DNA of 64,000 nucleotides from Podarcis gaigeae (taxonomy: Eukaryota), in assembly GCA_964106915.2 (NCBI GenBank), contig OZ066914.1; one strand, given 5' to 3'. This document shows, one piece after another, positions 11,667 through 25,426 of this stretch. The notes below the pieces were generated by a model. It was not told the origin of the DNA and did no database searches. It saw only the letters and a list, made by a program, of their open reading frames with translations. The number at the start of each line of letters is the position of its first letter. Position 1 is the stretch's first letter. The position numbers were made by a program, and so were the translations under genes.

Positions 11667-14600
11667 GTGGGATATCAGAAACAATGGGGTTTTTAATGCC
11701 AAAGCAAACTGGGAAATACATGACATCCTATTTCAGTATTTTATCAGCTCTCTGTTCCAAGACAATGTGAGAACCTTTTTCTCAGCTGCTTCCTAATAAG
11801 TCTGCAGTAAAATAATCGTTAAGTCCATCAAGCTATTTATTAATAATAATGTTTATTATTTATTAATGACTTCTTCTACTGTTAGTGAATTGTGCCCAGT
11901 TTAATTTTGATGCCATCTTTTGTAAAGGTTTTAACAGGCGATCCACAAAAGGGCATCAGTTTCTGTGTTTTGTTATTTAGTGTGAGAAAAAGGCCATCAA
12001 AATCACAAACCATTATTCTCTTTCTTGGATTGAAGCGCTAAAGTGCTTTTATCGGGAACAAAATCCTCCTCTGTCCCAGCAGTTGGGAGTTGCTGGTGTT
12101 TTCATGTACACTTGGCTTGCCCCAAATAGTCACAAATTGCAGGGCTGTATAAATCACAACAAACTGAATTTGGATCTTCCACATCACGAGAAGCTCACAA
12201 GCGTCATTATCTAGTTCGTCATGACATTACAGATCCTTGGTGACATTACAGATTCTGCACTGTGATTATCACTGGAAAGTATAAGCAGCAGCGCAAACAG
12301 GACACTGACAATTATGGGTGGCAAGTGTTTTATTAATGGGGGAGAGAGTCACACAATGACCATAATAGCAGATAAGATGGTTGGATGACTGGCTTTCCAT
12401 ATCAGCAAAAGCTTACTTGGCATTTTAGGCAGCTGAGTAATCCTGAGAAATTCACTCCTTGAAAAACGGGTTGAAAGAAATTCTATATTAGATGTGCACA
12501 ACTTTTAACTTGCCAAGCAGAACACAGCTTAGTAGCCTTGAAGGTGACGTGTCAGATAACCCACTGACCAACTCTTGACTTTGCTTTTACAGTCCCAAGC
12601 AGCCAGGAGATGTATGGCACATATGGTGTGGCATCCATTGCTGGTATTTAGCCTGCTGGATCTCAGGCAGCGCAGGCCTGATATAAGCAGTGACGGATCT
12701 GAAAGGACATATATAATAGTTCCCCATTTTGATGCAAGAGTCCAGTTTTCTAGTAACACTGGCTTCTCCCAAATTGTCATTATGCCTATCACACAGAAAC
12801 CAAATAATTTTATACTGGGAGAAGCTTCCCACCCACCTACTCTACAAGCCAGATTTTATATTGGCTTTGATTGTACTACTTTGGTGGCGCTGATGCTTTT
12901 ATTTCCATAAACTTTTATGATTAGCAGACTAGAATTATTTTAAAAAGAGATTTTAGCCTTGTACTGAGCACCTGTGCCAATAACCTGTTTTCGCCTGCCC
13001 CCAGCTTAACATTGAAGTTTACAGTGAAATTATATTCCCTCCTATCCAAACACAAGCCAGAATGGGAAAGCCGCGGAGCCACCAGATACCTTCCTAGTTT
13101 TACCTCATGCTTGCAAGGTAAACACCAGGAAGTTACCAGAACTCCACAAGCTTATTAACTTTCATATCCAAAACAGAGACAGTAAAAAGCTGGCATCGCA
13201 GGGTCCTTTCTTACTATTGTTCTTGTTTTGTTTGTTAATGATCATGAGGTGAGGTGAGCTTCTTGGATTAAAGAGCAAGAGTGACCTTTGAAGTCTGGTA
13301 CCTGTTCATTTCTACCACATCAGCCTCAAAGTGGAACAAAAAGCTACATGCAACATTCTCCTCTCCCCAGCAGCATTCAGTACTCTGTGTTAGGATGTCA
13401 TTGTGTGTATTTCACTAAGCCTTCACATCATTGGTGGGTGGAAAGCAGAGAAAAACCAGGAACATTGTGGCATCTCACCAGCAAATGGAGAGGGTCCTTT
13501 TTTGTCAACATACCTGCATTCCATGAATTGTGCAGCTTCACTTTCAAGGCTCATATGGATCTGGCAGGAATGAATGGCTGCAATGGCGTCAGAGTTACTT
13601 CTTGCTCTTCAATTCTGCCGTCAGTAGACAGCCGATGAGACTTCAGGATGTATGTAAACTGATGATAGGTGCACGTTTTATGCAAAAGAGCTCGCCAGTG
13701 AGGGAAGTCATCTCAAGTGCCGGACAATCTTGTCAAATCCAATCAATCACCATAAAACATTCTTGGCTTCACTTTTAAAAAAACAGACAAGTTCAAGATT
13801 GATAAACCTGGTAGCACACGACAGGAAACAGAAGTAACCTCGTTTCACATTGCTGGCCGACAGCAATGGTGGCACTGATTGGCTGACAACCGGGGTGGTT
13901 TGGTGAGTGGCTTGGTAGAGAACTGGAGCCATACAAATTGACGGGAAGCAATGTGTGTTTGTGTGTAGAGATACAGATAAATACACAAAGCACCAGGATG
14001 GTTGGATTCTCTTTCTATCTCTGTCATGGAGCAACTTTCTGGGTTAGTACGCAAACTTCTCATGGCCTCAGTTTGCCCACCTACTGTACAATGGTCATAA
14101 TAATGCTTCCCTACCTCACAAGGGGATGGTGTGAGGCTTTCAAAATCAGGGCATTGAACGTGTTAAATAAAGCGGGATTCCACAAGATGTCTCCGTTGAT
14201 GTCACGGGCAGAAAGCTCATCACTCTGTGTAAACGTAGTTCAGACTGATCCCCTAATGCTAGGATAGCCTTTGATTAGAGGTGCTACTACTGACACGCAA
14301 AGTATTATTACCACCATTGGCAAACTGAGCCACTGCTCCAGCCAGCCTCCCTGTGAAGTATTTCCTGTCCCCTCGCCTACCGCCACTCCCCCAAACCAGA
14401 AGCGGTTTCTTTTGTACAATTGGAATTTGGAGAGTTGTGTATTCATTTTTAATTCTAGAGCTCTTAGCTGTATCTTGTTCAGGTATCTCTTCTTCATGTG
14501 ATGATAACCATCTAACATAGTGTGTGCAAACAGAAAAAAGGTGAAAAAAAAATATATGACTACACTGTAGACAACTTCTTTCCTAGCAGTGAAGGTGGCA

Positions 14601-15602
14601 GTCCAGCTAGACTCAGCTGCCACCTCCTTCCTATTGTGTTTGGAGATGTTTAAAACTCATGGAGCAGACATATTTTATAATAAAACCTGATAAAACACAC
14701 CAAAAAAGGATGGGAAAAATATTACTACTACTGCTACTACTATTACTACTAAGCCAGTGTGATTTCATCATCACTGATGTCTACGAGGTAGGAACGTTTT
14801 CTTTGCAGAACCATATTTTTGGAGAACCAGGCCCCTTGTTTTGTAGAGGAGGCCTCCTGGTCTAAATAATAAAGGATAGTAAAATAAGACAACACTTGGC
14901 TTTCTCTTTCTGTCATTAAAAAGGGAGTGGGGGAGAAGAATACCATCCTTGTGGTTTCCAGAAGGTTAGGTGGGCAACACACTCATTGCTATTGCGGTTG
15001 CTAGGTAGTTCCACATGTGTCATAAGCCTCTGTTGGATATTCCCAACAAAGGCACAATTCTAACAGCCTGCACACCCAAGACCATTGTGAACATCCAATA
15101 AAATAAATATAAAAACATTTGTGGCTGGGTGTTCCCTTGACCTGACCCCCAACCCCCTGCCAGCACTGGAACACTCATCCAGAATATCTTGCTTAAGAGC
15201 AACAAGCCCTTGCAGAAAGTCTGCAGCTGTAGAGGCTGAAACAAGCTTCTTGGTATACATAGAGAAAGTGGCTCTCCCTCTTAAAGTGGGGAAAAAATGT
15301 ATTTGTCCTTTCACAATGATGACCTGTAATTCAGAGGATTTTGTTCCTTGCCAGAACTAGGGATGGATGGGTTTGTCTGTTTCGAGTACCTGTCACTTTC
15401 ATTCAGAAATCTAGTCAATCCCATTTCTGCATTAACCTATAGGTGGGTGGTTTTTTGTTTTTAATCACATTTTAAATACTTTCAGATGTATTTTCTCACA
15501 TTCTCTAAACAGATATACCTTAAAATTCATATTTCTAAACATATTTAAGGCAGAAATATGGTCCTTGGGAGGATCTCAGGGGCAATACAGTGGGGTGGGG
15601 AT

Positions 15603-16095
15603 ATTATAATTATTATTACAGTATTATTTATACCCCGCCCATCTGGCTGGGTTTCCCCAGCCACTCTGGGCAGCTCTCAACAGAATATTAAAAACACAAT
15701 AGAACATCAAACATTAAAAACTTCCCTAAACAGGGCTGGCTTCAGATTTTTTCTAAAAGTCAGATTTCCTTGACATCTGATGGGAGGGCATTCCACAGGG
15801 TGGGCACCACTACCAAGAAGGTCCTCTGTGTGGTTCCCTGTAGCTTCACTTCTCACAGTGAGGGAACCGCCAGAAGACCCTCGGAGCTGGACCTCAGTGT
15901 CCGGGCTGAACGATGCGGGTGGAGACGCTCCTTCAAGTATACTAAGCCGAGGCCATTTAGGGCTTTAAAGGTCAGCACCAACACTTTGAATTGTGCTCGG
16001 AAACGTACTGGGAGCCAATGTAAGTCTTTCAGGACTTTCAGGATATGGTCTCTGTGGCCACTCCCAGTCACCAGTCTAGCTGCCACAATCTGGAT
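15603..16095 (-). mobile_element. L2 LINE 3' fragment with AT-rich tail
   Basis: AARLVTGSGHRDHILKVLKDLHWLPVRFRAQFKVLVLTFKALNGLG. The 3' terminus (ccatctggctgggtttccccagccactctggg) is shared with 47022-47170 and 58735-58926. Confidence 0.9.
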
Positions 16096-19000
16096 TATCT
16101 CCCTCTTAAGTGAACAAATATAGAAATCCATCCCTGGAGAGGGAGATCCAACCTCATAAGCTGCCTCAGATCTGTGATCTATGGTTGGATCTACAACTTC
16201 TGGGGGCACCAACATCAGAGCGGGGGAAAGGAGGTGTTTCAGTCACAGCAGGTAGAATAAGCCAGCCCTGGAACTGGTAATGGTTTAGTTTATTATTCTC
16301 TCATTTGAATCCATGCTGTGAAACTTAAAAATAACTTCCAAAATACATACAAAAAAGGAGGGAAGAATGCCGTATCACTACTGTCCACTTTTCCAGTAGG
16401 AGCCCAGCATGACCCAAGAAAAAGTGGATTCTCTGTCTTCTCCCTTCCCTACCCTCTGCTTTGCCCATGCATTAAATGTATTCTTAATATATGAAACGTA
16501 TTTTTAAATAATTTTGCTGAGGATTCCATCACAAAATTTGCTGAAGTGCACAATTCCAAAGGAGCTCTACAGTCCAATCTGCACATCAGTCTGGGAGGCA
16601 TGGCTCAAGTCAGTTCATATCAGATTTCAGAAATAATTCATTTCTCAAGCATCCATAGACAGAGCTAGGGATGGGGGGAAATTTTGTTTGCATTTTAATG
16701 ATAAACAACCTAATTCACCCTTCTTAAGTTAATACTTGAATCTCTTAATTTTGCACTGCAGTTTCCCAACCAATGGGTATAAAAACGTATATATTAGGAG
16801 AAATTCACATTACAATGCTGATAGATTTTCTTGCTTGCTTTAAAAAAAAATAATAATAATCACAAATTGCTGCAGAAATAGGAAGAACACAATTTAAGAT
16901 CGGGAAAATGAGAAACTGAGAGAAACCAAAGTTAACAAATTTGTGCATCTCCAGCCCCAACTGAACTGTTGGTTAAAAATTAAGGGTGGATTAGAAGGCA
17001 ATTCCTGGGTAAAACAAGGGCTTTTCCACATTCAGTCTCACACTCATACAATTTCCATAGCCATCTTAGTCAAGTGATACTCAGCAGCTGTGTCCAGCCC
17101 ACGCTGTGGAGTTTGCAACTTCTGCAGAACAGATCTACTCTAGCGGCTGGTTATTTGATGATCACAGCCCAGCCAGAGGTGTTTGGGTGACCAGATCCTT
17201 CAGAACACAAAAGGAATGTTGCCACAGGAGCAAAACAGTTCTGCTTCTGGGCATGCATGTTAGGGGAAATGGGGTGACCAATTCAAGCTCAAACTGCACA
17301 GTCTCTCCTTCCTTGAGAGAACTATTCCTTTCCCCTTCCTGTCACTCACCTGCATTGCAAACCCCGCTTGCACTTCACACAAACCTACACATACTAAATA
17401 TTTGCAAAATAAACTTCACTCTCAAACATGTAACTGAACTGAACTTTACTCATGAAAGCTTCTCAAGCTTTTGGCTGACGATGGGGCCTTCTCTGATTTA
17501 AGCTCTTGCTGGGGTGATCCTTCAGTTGCGGACAAGAGGAGCAGATTGAAATGACAGGATCTTCCAAGAAAAATGCCCTCCCCCTTTAGCGTCATTAGCA
17601 CAAGACACAAGAATGTGTTGTGGTGTCAAGAACAGATGAACATTTCCGAAGGGGTGGTCTTTAAAACAATGCAGTTGTTTTAAGCAGACTCAACATGTGG
17701 TTAATCACCCAGAAATGTGACCCAAAGCCATGTGCTTTATGGAGCACAGGTGGAATATATAGAACAATGTGTTAGGAAGAAGAGAAGTACAGCTATTGTT
17801 GATAGATGAAAAGCCAGTGAAGAGGATGACAAGGTAATTATGCTTTATTATGACATCTGTGCAGCACATGTTAAGCCAAAATTAATCTGCTCCGACAGCT
17901 TCTATGAGAAAGGTAAAATATCAGGAGAGTCTTCTAACAAAGCACAGGTGAATGAAAACTTACTGTGCCTCCATGAGCAATGGAAAGAGCCCTAGAGAGA
18001 AAGGGGCACAGGGGCTTCCATTGGGTGGATAGGTGCCATTTATTTAGAGAACTTCCTTTCCCTTCCTATGCCTCCCTCAGTATCTCTAACCCCATATGCC
18101 TGTTGCAACCAGCTTGCATTTACCTTGCCTATTCTCCTTTAGCAGAAGCTGACAATAGAAGACGGGGTGGTGTCCCCAAAAGAAAAGCATTCAGAGTAGG
18201 TAGGTAAGGCTGCAATACTATGCTCCCTTATCTGGGAGTGAGCCTTAATGCACTCAGTAGGCTTTGCTTCTGGGGAAATGTGTAGGATTGTGTTGCAGGA
18301 AACTTTATGTAAATATGGATTCAGGTGCCAAATTTGGAGGTGCTGACTGCAGGGTCCGAGAATATTTCTCAGCAGAATTGCAGGCCAGATCCAGGAGAGT
18401 GGGCAAGGGGGGAAAGAGGCAACAAAAGGAATTGGTGCCAGCAAGTTTGCCATCTGACCACATGCTTCAGAGCAGAAAGGACCAAGGAGGAAAAGAATAG
18501 TCTAAAATATTTCTCTCTTAACCCAGCCAGAGTTGGGCAGACTGGTTACTTAATCACAGGTGAAGTGAAACAGCATCCTGATGGCAACAAGATTTGACTT
18601 ATAGCTTGCATTAAGAATGCTTGAGAATATGAAACCAATAGTTCATATTCCAGCTGAATATCTCCAGGGGTCTCATTATGTTCATATAGATAGATTCCCC
18701 CCCCCCCCGTGCTTATTTTAAAACCTGAATTCCTGAAACTCTGCAGATATGAACTGAAAATATCAGCGTGTACCTGCCAATAGCAGAAGATATCTGTTTA
18801 TTTTTATTGTACAGCAGTTTCCTTGCAATCTTGCTTTTTTATTTTAAAGGGAATCATTAAGGTTGGGGAAAATTAACCCTATTATAGCACCATAGGTCTA
18901 AAAGCCAGTGTCATTTTTTTTTCCTTGTATGAAAGAATACATGTGTAGAGAAAACCATGAAAATGTTACAATGGATGGCGGGAAATGTCCTCCTTTTCCA

Positions 19001-22000
19001 TCTAGCCTTTCACATTTACGTTCACTAACAGCTTATTACCTCTGCACATTGATCATAAGAGCAGAATACGGTTGGTATAATCCTCAAAAGCATAGCTAAG
19101 TAATAATGCTCACATTTTGGTGACAGCATGTCACACATTCAATCCTTGGCATTGCCAGTTAAAAGGATTTAAGGTAGTGGGGCTGAGAAAGACAACTGCT
19201 TGAGATCTGGAAAAGCCAAAACCACTTCGAGTAAGACACTGCTGGATGAAGCAGTGACCCAACTCAGAAGAAGACTGCTTTACATGGGCTTTAAAGAAGT
19301 CCTATGGCACCGGCTAGAATGGTGAATCTGAAATAACAGTCCTGCCACTGGAGGAGTCACTATGATGACTGACCCTTCTCAACTGCAGTCTATGGAACAG
19401 ACTCCTTTGCCCACCGTTTGGCATCAATGAAGTGGACGATTAGCTGGAATAAGACTGAGAAATATGAAAGACTTAGCAGTCACAGATGTGTTAATGTAAC
19501 TGTGGTGAACCTATGACAAAAAGTTCCTTAAGGCTCTCCTTTTCGAATGTAAGTCTTGGGGCATTGGAATGTAAGTCTTTGAAAGATATCTTCTTTTTGC
19601 TTGTAAAATCTCTCTTGAAGTCTCCAGGTTGTAACTACTGATACACCTGATATGAAAAATCTAAACTGTAAGGCTGTGTGCACACACCATGTTCATGCTG
19701 CCCACACAATATTGTACTCATCCAACTAACAGCCTGCACTTTGACCTGCTTGATTCAGATTTTCCTGAAAGAGCTGGGGAAAAGATCAAAGGAAAAGAAA
19801 GATCCAACATAAAATCAAATCACTCAAATGTGGATGAACTGAACTGTGTGGAGGGAGAGGGAGAGAGCGCGAGTGTGGTGATGTTTTCCTGGGTGCCATC
19901 TATTATTTCCATTGGTGATATGCTCCTCAGTGGGTTGCTGGTAGGGCCAGCCACAATACGCCTACATTTTTTTTTTAAGTGTTAACCCATTGTTTTGTAC
20001 AAGTCTGATTTATTGAAAACTCGTATTCCGCCCCCTGCAAAAAATGGCCATGTGCATAGGCAAACAAACACCACAATGGACCTCAGGTCTCTGAAACTCA
20101 GGGAGAGAAAAGGGGACAAAAACACACTGTGAAAACATGCCATCAAGCACCTTGCACCAGTATGGATGGGAAAACATTGAGGTACAACTTCAAATGAAAG
20201 CACCCTTGTGTGGGCAAATGTGTAAAAAAAAAGTCCACATGGAAAAATAAGATCTACGTTGACTATGAGCTAGAGCATTTGCATACCTTCCCTGAAGAAG
20301 CAAGAGTATTTTTCTACAGGGAAAACTGACTTTTTGAATGTGTTTGACCAGTGATTATAGTAGGGAAATTGGGTGCAGGAGGGGTGATGCAAACTATCAC
20401 ACCACAACATGTAACAATGCTCAATTGCTCATCTCCATTTTGCCCAACTCCAGCTTGGCTGGGAAACTTGTCTGCTTGAGAAACAGGAGAGCAAAAAAAA
20501 AAAAAAGTCAAGAACAGACAATTCTGGCTAAATGAGACAGTGAATCAATTCAGGATATTGCCGAAATCTTATGAAACTTAATGTAGACATTTGTGGATCA
20601 CTATGGCAATACATCCTAAACCAACTACCCAATGTCACCTCCAGATAAAAGATAGGATGCCTCTACTTTGAACCTCCAAGTTAGATGAGCCTTTGAAACA
20701 AAACTGCAAGAGGCTTACGCGCCTTTCTCTGATAGCTGGGCACAGATGGTCCACTGACTTCAACAGAGCTGTGGCATCTGAAAGATGTTCCTGTTTATAT
20801 TCCTTCCTTGCAAAGAGCCATCATGGTCATTTTGTATCATTATATTACATTTAGCATAGCTTAAAATACTCAATTCACTTTACATTGCCAACTTCCCCCT
20901 CCTAAAAAAAAGGGTTTTCTTGAAAAGAGGAGTATACCTTCCTCTCTTTCCATCATCTTGGTAGTCTTGTTTACCCAGAGCCCTTCCAAACCATGCTTTT
21001 TCTCAAAGACTTCCTTTCTACTTGGTAGCCTTGGGAGCGCAGTCAGAAAGCACAGATGGAAACAGATGCATTGATACTAAAACAAGATACAAAGCATATC
21101 ATGCCAGTGATCAAAGAACATTTCCCTGTTTCATTATTATTATTATTTACAATAAAGCCAGCGCTGATGGTTCAAGATGTTCAGATACACAACCAGTTTA
21201 AGATTGGTAAGATCTGAATCCCACAATCTGACAGTAGCAAAGCTATCTATGATCTAACTAATCAGAGTTCCTTTTGGGCTTGGGTACATGATCAGTTATC
21301 CTGGAACAAAGCCTGCTGAAGTCTATCTAGACTTCAGTCTTCTGCTGCATGTGTTTTTAAAAAACAAGTTCATGAGGTAAAATGCATACCCTTTACGTTC
21401 ATCTCAGAATTAGGATAATAAGTACAAGGGTGATCACGTGATAGAAGAGAGGCCAGATCCAGCCACCAAAGCAATTCTATGGGACCCATGGCAGCCCTAT
21501 CCAAGGAGTGGGGAAAATGGCCCCCAGTTTCACTCAGAAAGCAAACAACATAGCTCTCAAAAGTTGCAAGAGACAAGTTATGCCCTATCTCTTTGGGTTT
21601 TGTATGCAGCACACTCTCAACTATACCTAAGCACACATACCTTGTCATTGTAAGAGTCTTAAACATAATTATAAAGCCTGACCTTTAGTGAGCATGCATA
21701 GCTGAGGTGTCATATCTTCATGGCTCCCCCTGAGGTATTTCTACACAAAACAGAATGGGAAGAGGGGTACACCCAGTACTATTTTTCTAGAAAAAGAAGT
21801 GCTGGTTGGCAATGGCACCAACCTGAGAGATGCCGGAACTAAGTTCTGGCGAGTTCTAGCTGGAAAAAAAGTCATGGGTACACCCTGTAGGGACAGCGGA
21901 AACATGGCTCAGTCAAACACAGTACAGAGCAGGGGTACAAGAGCACAAAGGAAAGCCAGGGGGAAAATAGCAATACTTTTAACAGTGGCTGGATGGCCCA

Positions 22001-24665
22001 GCTCTGAGACAAAGAATATACTGAGGAGGCCACTCTGTCCAGTACAACACCTAGTCATGCATGATCATGAAGGTGTAACAATCTTTGACAGAATTTAGTA
22101 GAAGGAGGGACAAGATAGGGGATTGAAAAAGAAAAGAGATAATATTGCTGAAAGAGAGAGAAAAGAGGGTGGGCATAATGACAGCAAAAGTGAGTCATCC
22201 TGGAATGAGATGTGGAGACTCCAACATGGATTCCTACAGACTTCTACATGAGCTACTTAGTCACGTTAACATCCAGTACAGTGCATTCCAAAGGTTCACA
22301 CAAGCTAGAGGAAAAGATCTGTGCTGCCAAAACAATGCCGTGGCAAGACAACAAAGATCAAAACCCGGGACTCTCAAAGAGCCACAACTAAGTGCGAATT
22401 CTACTGAATAAACACAGCAGAAGTGCTGCCAACTTCAGATTTTATAATAAGCTTCCCAATATGTGCTTTTCATTCCAATGCCTCACCAGCTGGAATGTGC
22501 ATGATTTTGAAAGGTTCTTTAAGCTTGGGGGTGGAGAAAAAAAGCACCCAAAAACTATGAAAAATACTGGGGAGAATAAGAAGAGGAGGAAGAGGAAGGG
22601 CGAGAGCGGGAGATCTAAAAATAAAGTGAACCTAGGGATGCAACAGCCAGGAAGTGTTGTTTTAGCATTCTCCCACTGATTAAAAAAAATAAATTACACA
22701 AACTCCTAACAGAGCCGGGGGAGGGCTTGACTGCCCTGTTTCTGGCTTAATAACTCTTGAATGCTAGGCACAGATAACATGAACTTGAGAGTTCAAGGCC
22801 CTGTGAATTCTGCAATTCCCAGTATTCCCACAGAATAAAAAGCACTTCAGTACCTGCAAGGCATCAAGCAATGGGAACCAGTATTTTGCAGTTAGCAAGA
22901 GGGATTGGGTAATCTCTAGCAGCTGCATCAATATTTCTGGATACAAAGAAAATGCCTCTGTGAAAGAACGAGCCTGGAAAAACAGTTCATGAATAAATCT
23001 TCCCTAAAATGCCCAAACCAACTAATTTAAAATGAAAACAAATGAAAACATTTCTCTAGTCGCTCACAACATTGTTTGGCCACAGCTTCTCACAAGGACT
23101 CAGTGGTACCTCCATCCCAAACAAAGAACTCCAGATCCCAAGGCAATATAAAACAATAGCTTTGTTTGTAACCAAGCAATGTTATTCTACAACCTGAAAT
23201 GCAAGTCCGCACTGGAGCACTTTTGTGGAGCCTTTGAAATTGCCTCTACTTACTGCTGCACAGCAAGGCTGAAGAGGCTCTCAAGGTCATTAAAGGAATA
23301 GTAACTGTATCAATTAAAATGGATATAGCACTGTCAAAATGTCAAAAGCACTTGTCATGCATTATTTTTATTTACATGTCCTTTATTATTCTTTATCACC
23401 ACTGTAAGCACTTTGTGCATTGGGGGAATAAACAATAAATATATTCATTATTATATTATATTCATCATGATATACTTTTTTTATTATGGTCTTGAAAAAT
23501 AGGGGTAGTGCTATTTCCCCCCTGTTATTAAGCTGAGAGAACGTAACTTGCCTGCCTCTGGCCACCTAGTGATTTCACCCAATTCCTAGCTCTCTGGCTA
23601 CCATGTCACCCCAACTCTCAATCCAGCTGTCTGAATAATCCAGCTCTGACATTCACCCTGCCAAGAATACCTGCTGCCAGGGCTGAACAGTTTTTGCCTT
23701 ATGAGCAAAGTTGGGTGTAGTTCAAAGTTGCGTGTAGTTACCCTGGGCATTTCTTGGAAAGATGCCATACAAGTTTTATCTTTTTAATTTCTTCAATTTA
23801 GGGAGCTGGGTGAGAGGTGAAATGATGGTAATTATGTCCACCATGATTGACGTAATAAAGGCTGGAGGATCATGTGACTTGGACAGAATTTGACACTCTG
23901 AGCACACTCCGTACTATCAGGCTCACTGTCTTCAGGTGCTCCTGGATTTATTTATCCAAATTTAGACACAAGTGAATCCTTGCCTTAAACTCTATTGCAG
24001 CCTTTTCTTTTAAGATCAGCTCAGAATTAATACTTAACAATTTCTACGTTAGGTGGCTATGTTTTCTGTGGGTAAGCCCCTCAAAAGTAGCACAGATATG
24101 TCAACTGGTACAAAACATCACTTCTCACTTTCTGAAGGTCACAAGAAGAATATGACACCCATGATAGACCATCAGCACTGGCTCTTTACTGCCTTACTGG
24201 CTAAATTTAGGCTGCAGTCCTATATACACTTTCCAGGGAGTAAGTTCCACTGAATTCAAGTGGGGTTTATTTCCAGGTAAGCATGTGCAGAATCACACTG
24301 TTAATGTGTTGGAACTTATGAAGCCCTAAACAAACTGGGCCAAACATACCTGACCAACGGTCTCCATCCCTCTGCTTCATTGTAAGCTCCAATAATATTT
24401 GGAAGCACCCTCTCAAGTTTAACATTCACAGCACTCACAGAGAGGTGTTCTTAGTGGTTGCCCTTTGTCTGTGGAACACCCCTGAAGACTTAAGGGAGTC
24501 TGAGCAAGCATCCTCTCAAAGCAGTGTAAAACATTTTGATTTCACTTGGCTTTGAGTGGCCAGGGACAGTAAACAACAATGGTTTCAAAAACTGTACATG
24601 GGTTAAAGGGTTTAATATTTTTAAGTGCCTCAAGTACACACTAGCCATTAAGTCTCGAACTGCAA

Positions 24666-24692
24666 TCATTCATTCATTCATTCATTCATTCA
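24666..24692. repeat. (CATT)n microsatellite
   Basis: Direct reading. Confidence 0.9.
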
Positions 24693-24713
24693 CTTTTTAC
24701 CAATGATCCAGAT

Positions 24714-25028
24714 CAGAGGTCAGCAAACTTTTTCAGCCGGGGTGTCCAGTCCACTGTCCCTCAGACCTTGTGGGGGGCTGGACTATATTTTGAGGGGGGG
24801 GAATAATGAATGAATTCCTATGCCCCACAAATAACCCAGAGATGCATTTTAAATAAAAGCACACATTCTACTCATGTAAAAACACCAGACAGGCCCCACA
24901 AATAACCCAGAGATGCATTTTACATAAAAGGACACATTCTACACACTGATTCCCGGACTGTCTGCGGGCTGGATTTAGAAGGTGATTGGGCCAGATCCGT
25001 CCCCCGGGCCTTAGTTTGCCCACCCATG
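24714..25028. mobile_element. hAT-type MITE
   Basis: TIRs CAGAGGTCAGCAAAC / GTTTGCCCACCCATG; perfect 8-bp TSD ATCCAGAT (24706-24713, 25029-25036); internal ~48-bp direct duplication. Confidence 0.9.
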
Positions 25029-25377
25029 ATCCAGATGATGCATTCTACTTCTCTTGTGTTGTCTGTTTCCTCCAGACCTGATTTGTGGTGATTCTCTTCA
25101 TTTAGAAAAAGGATAATAAAAGAACTTAACACTAGCTTTCTTTCAGCAAGCACAGCTCTATTGAGACTTCTCACACCATTGTGCTTTTAATTAGAAACTT
25201 CTTCCTTGCAGCTTTTGCCTCTAATTGCTTACTGTTCAATATGGTCTGGGCATTATTGATTCATTTGCCCTTTAATTAAATCAGTTCCTGCTCCCCACCA
25301 GTGGGCATTTTAGATACTGTTTTCCTCCCCTTAATATTTCTTTTACTTTTTTAATTGCAAAACAGCTCTATTTCAGA

Positions 25378-25426
25378 AAGGAAGGAAGGAAGGAAGGAAG
25401 GAAGGAAGGAAGGAAGGAAGGAAGGA
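25378..25426. repeat. (GGAA)n microsatellite
   Basis: About 12 consecutive units. Confidence 0.95.

Larger units (their letters stand above)
4681..14700 (+). other. SYT7: Putative SYT7 3' UTR (proximal AATAAA 5278-5283, candidate distal AATAAA 14679-14684)
   Basis: Follows the stop codon. UTR-like non-repetitive blocks at 13740-14690 with several TGTA motifs upstream of an AATAAA. The true end is inferred. Confidence 0.45.

Noticed and set aside
11981-12214. Acceptor-like site followed by an open frame beginning CEKKAIK (a hexapeptide also found in the SYT7 linker)
   Set aside because: Only 6 residues match, the flanks do not resemble SYT7, it lies downstream of the terminal exon, and such a match is plausible by chance.
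25378-25426. (GGAA)n as an ETS enhancer
   Set aside because: A common microsatellite; no sequence evidence of function here.
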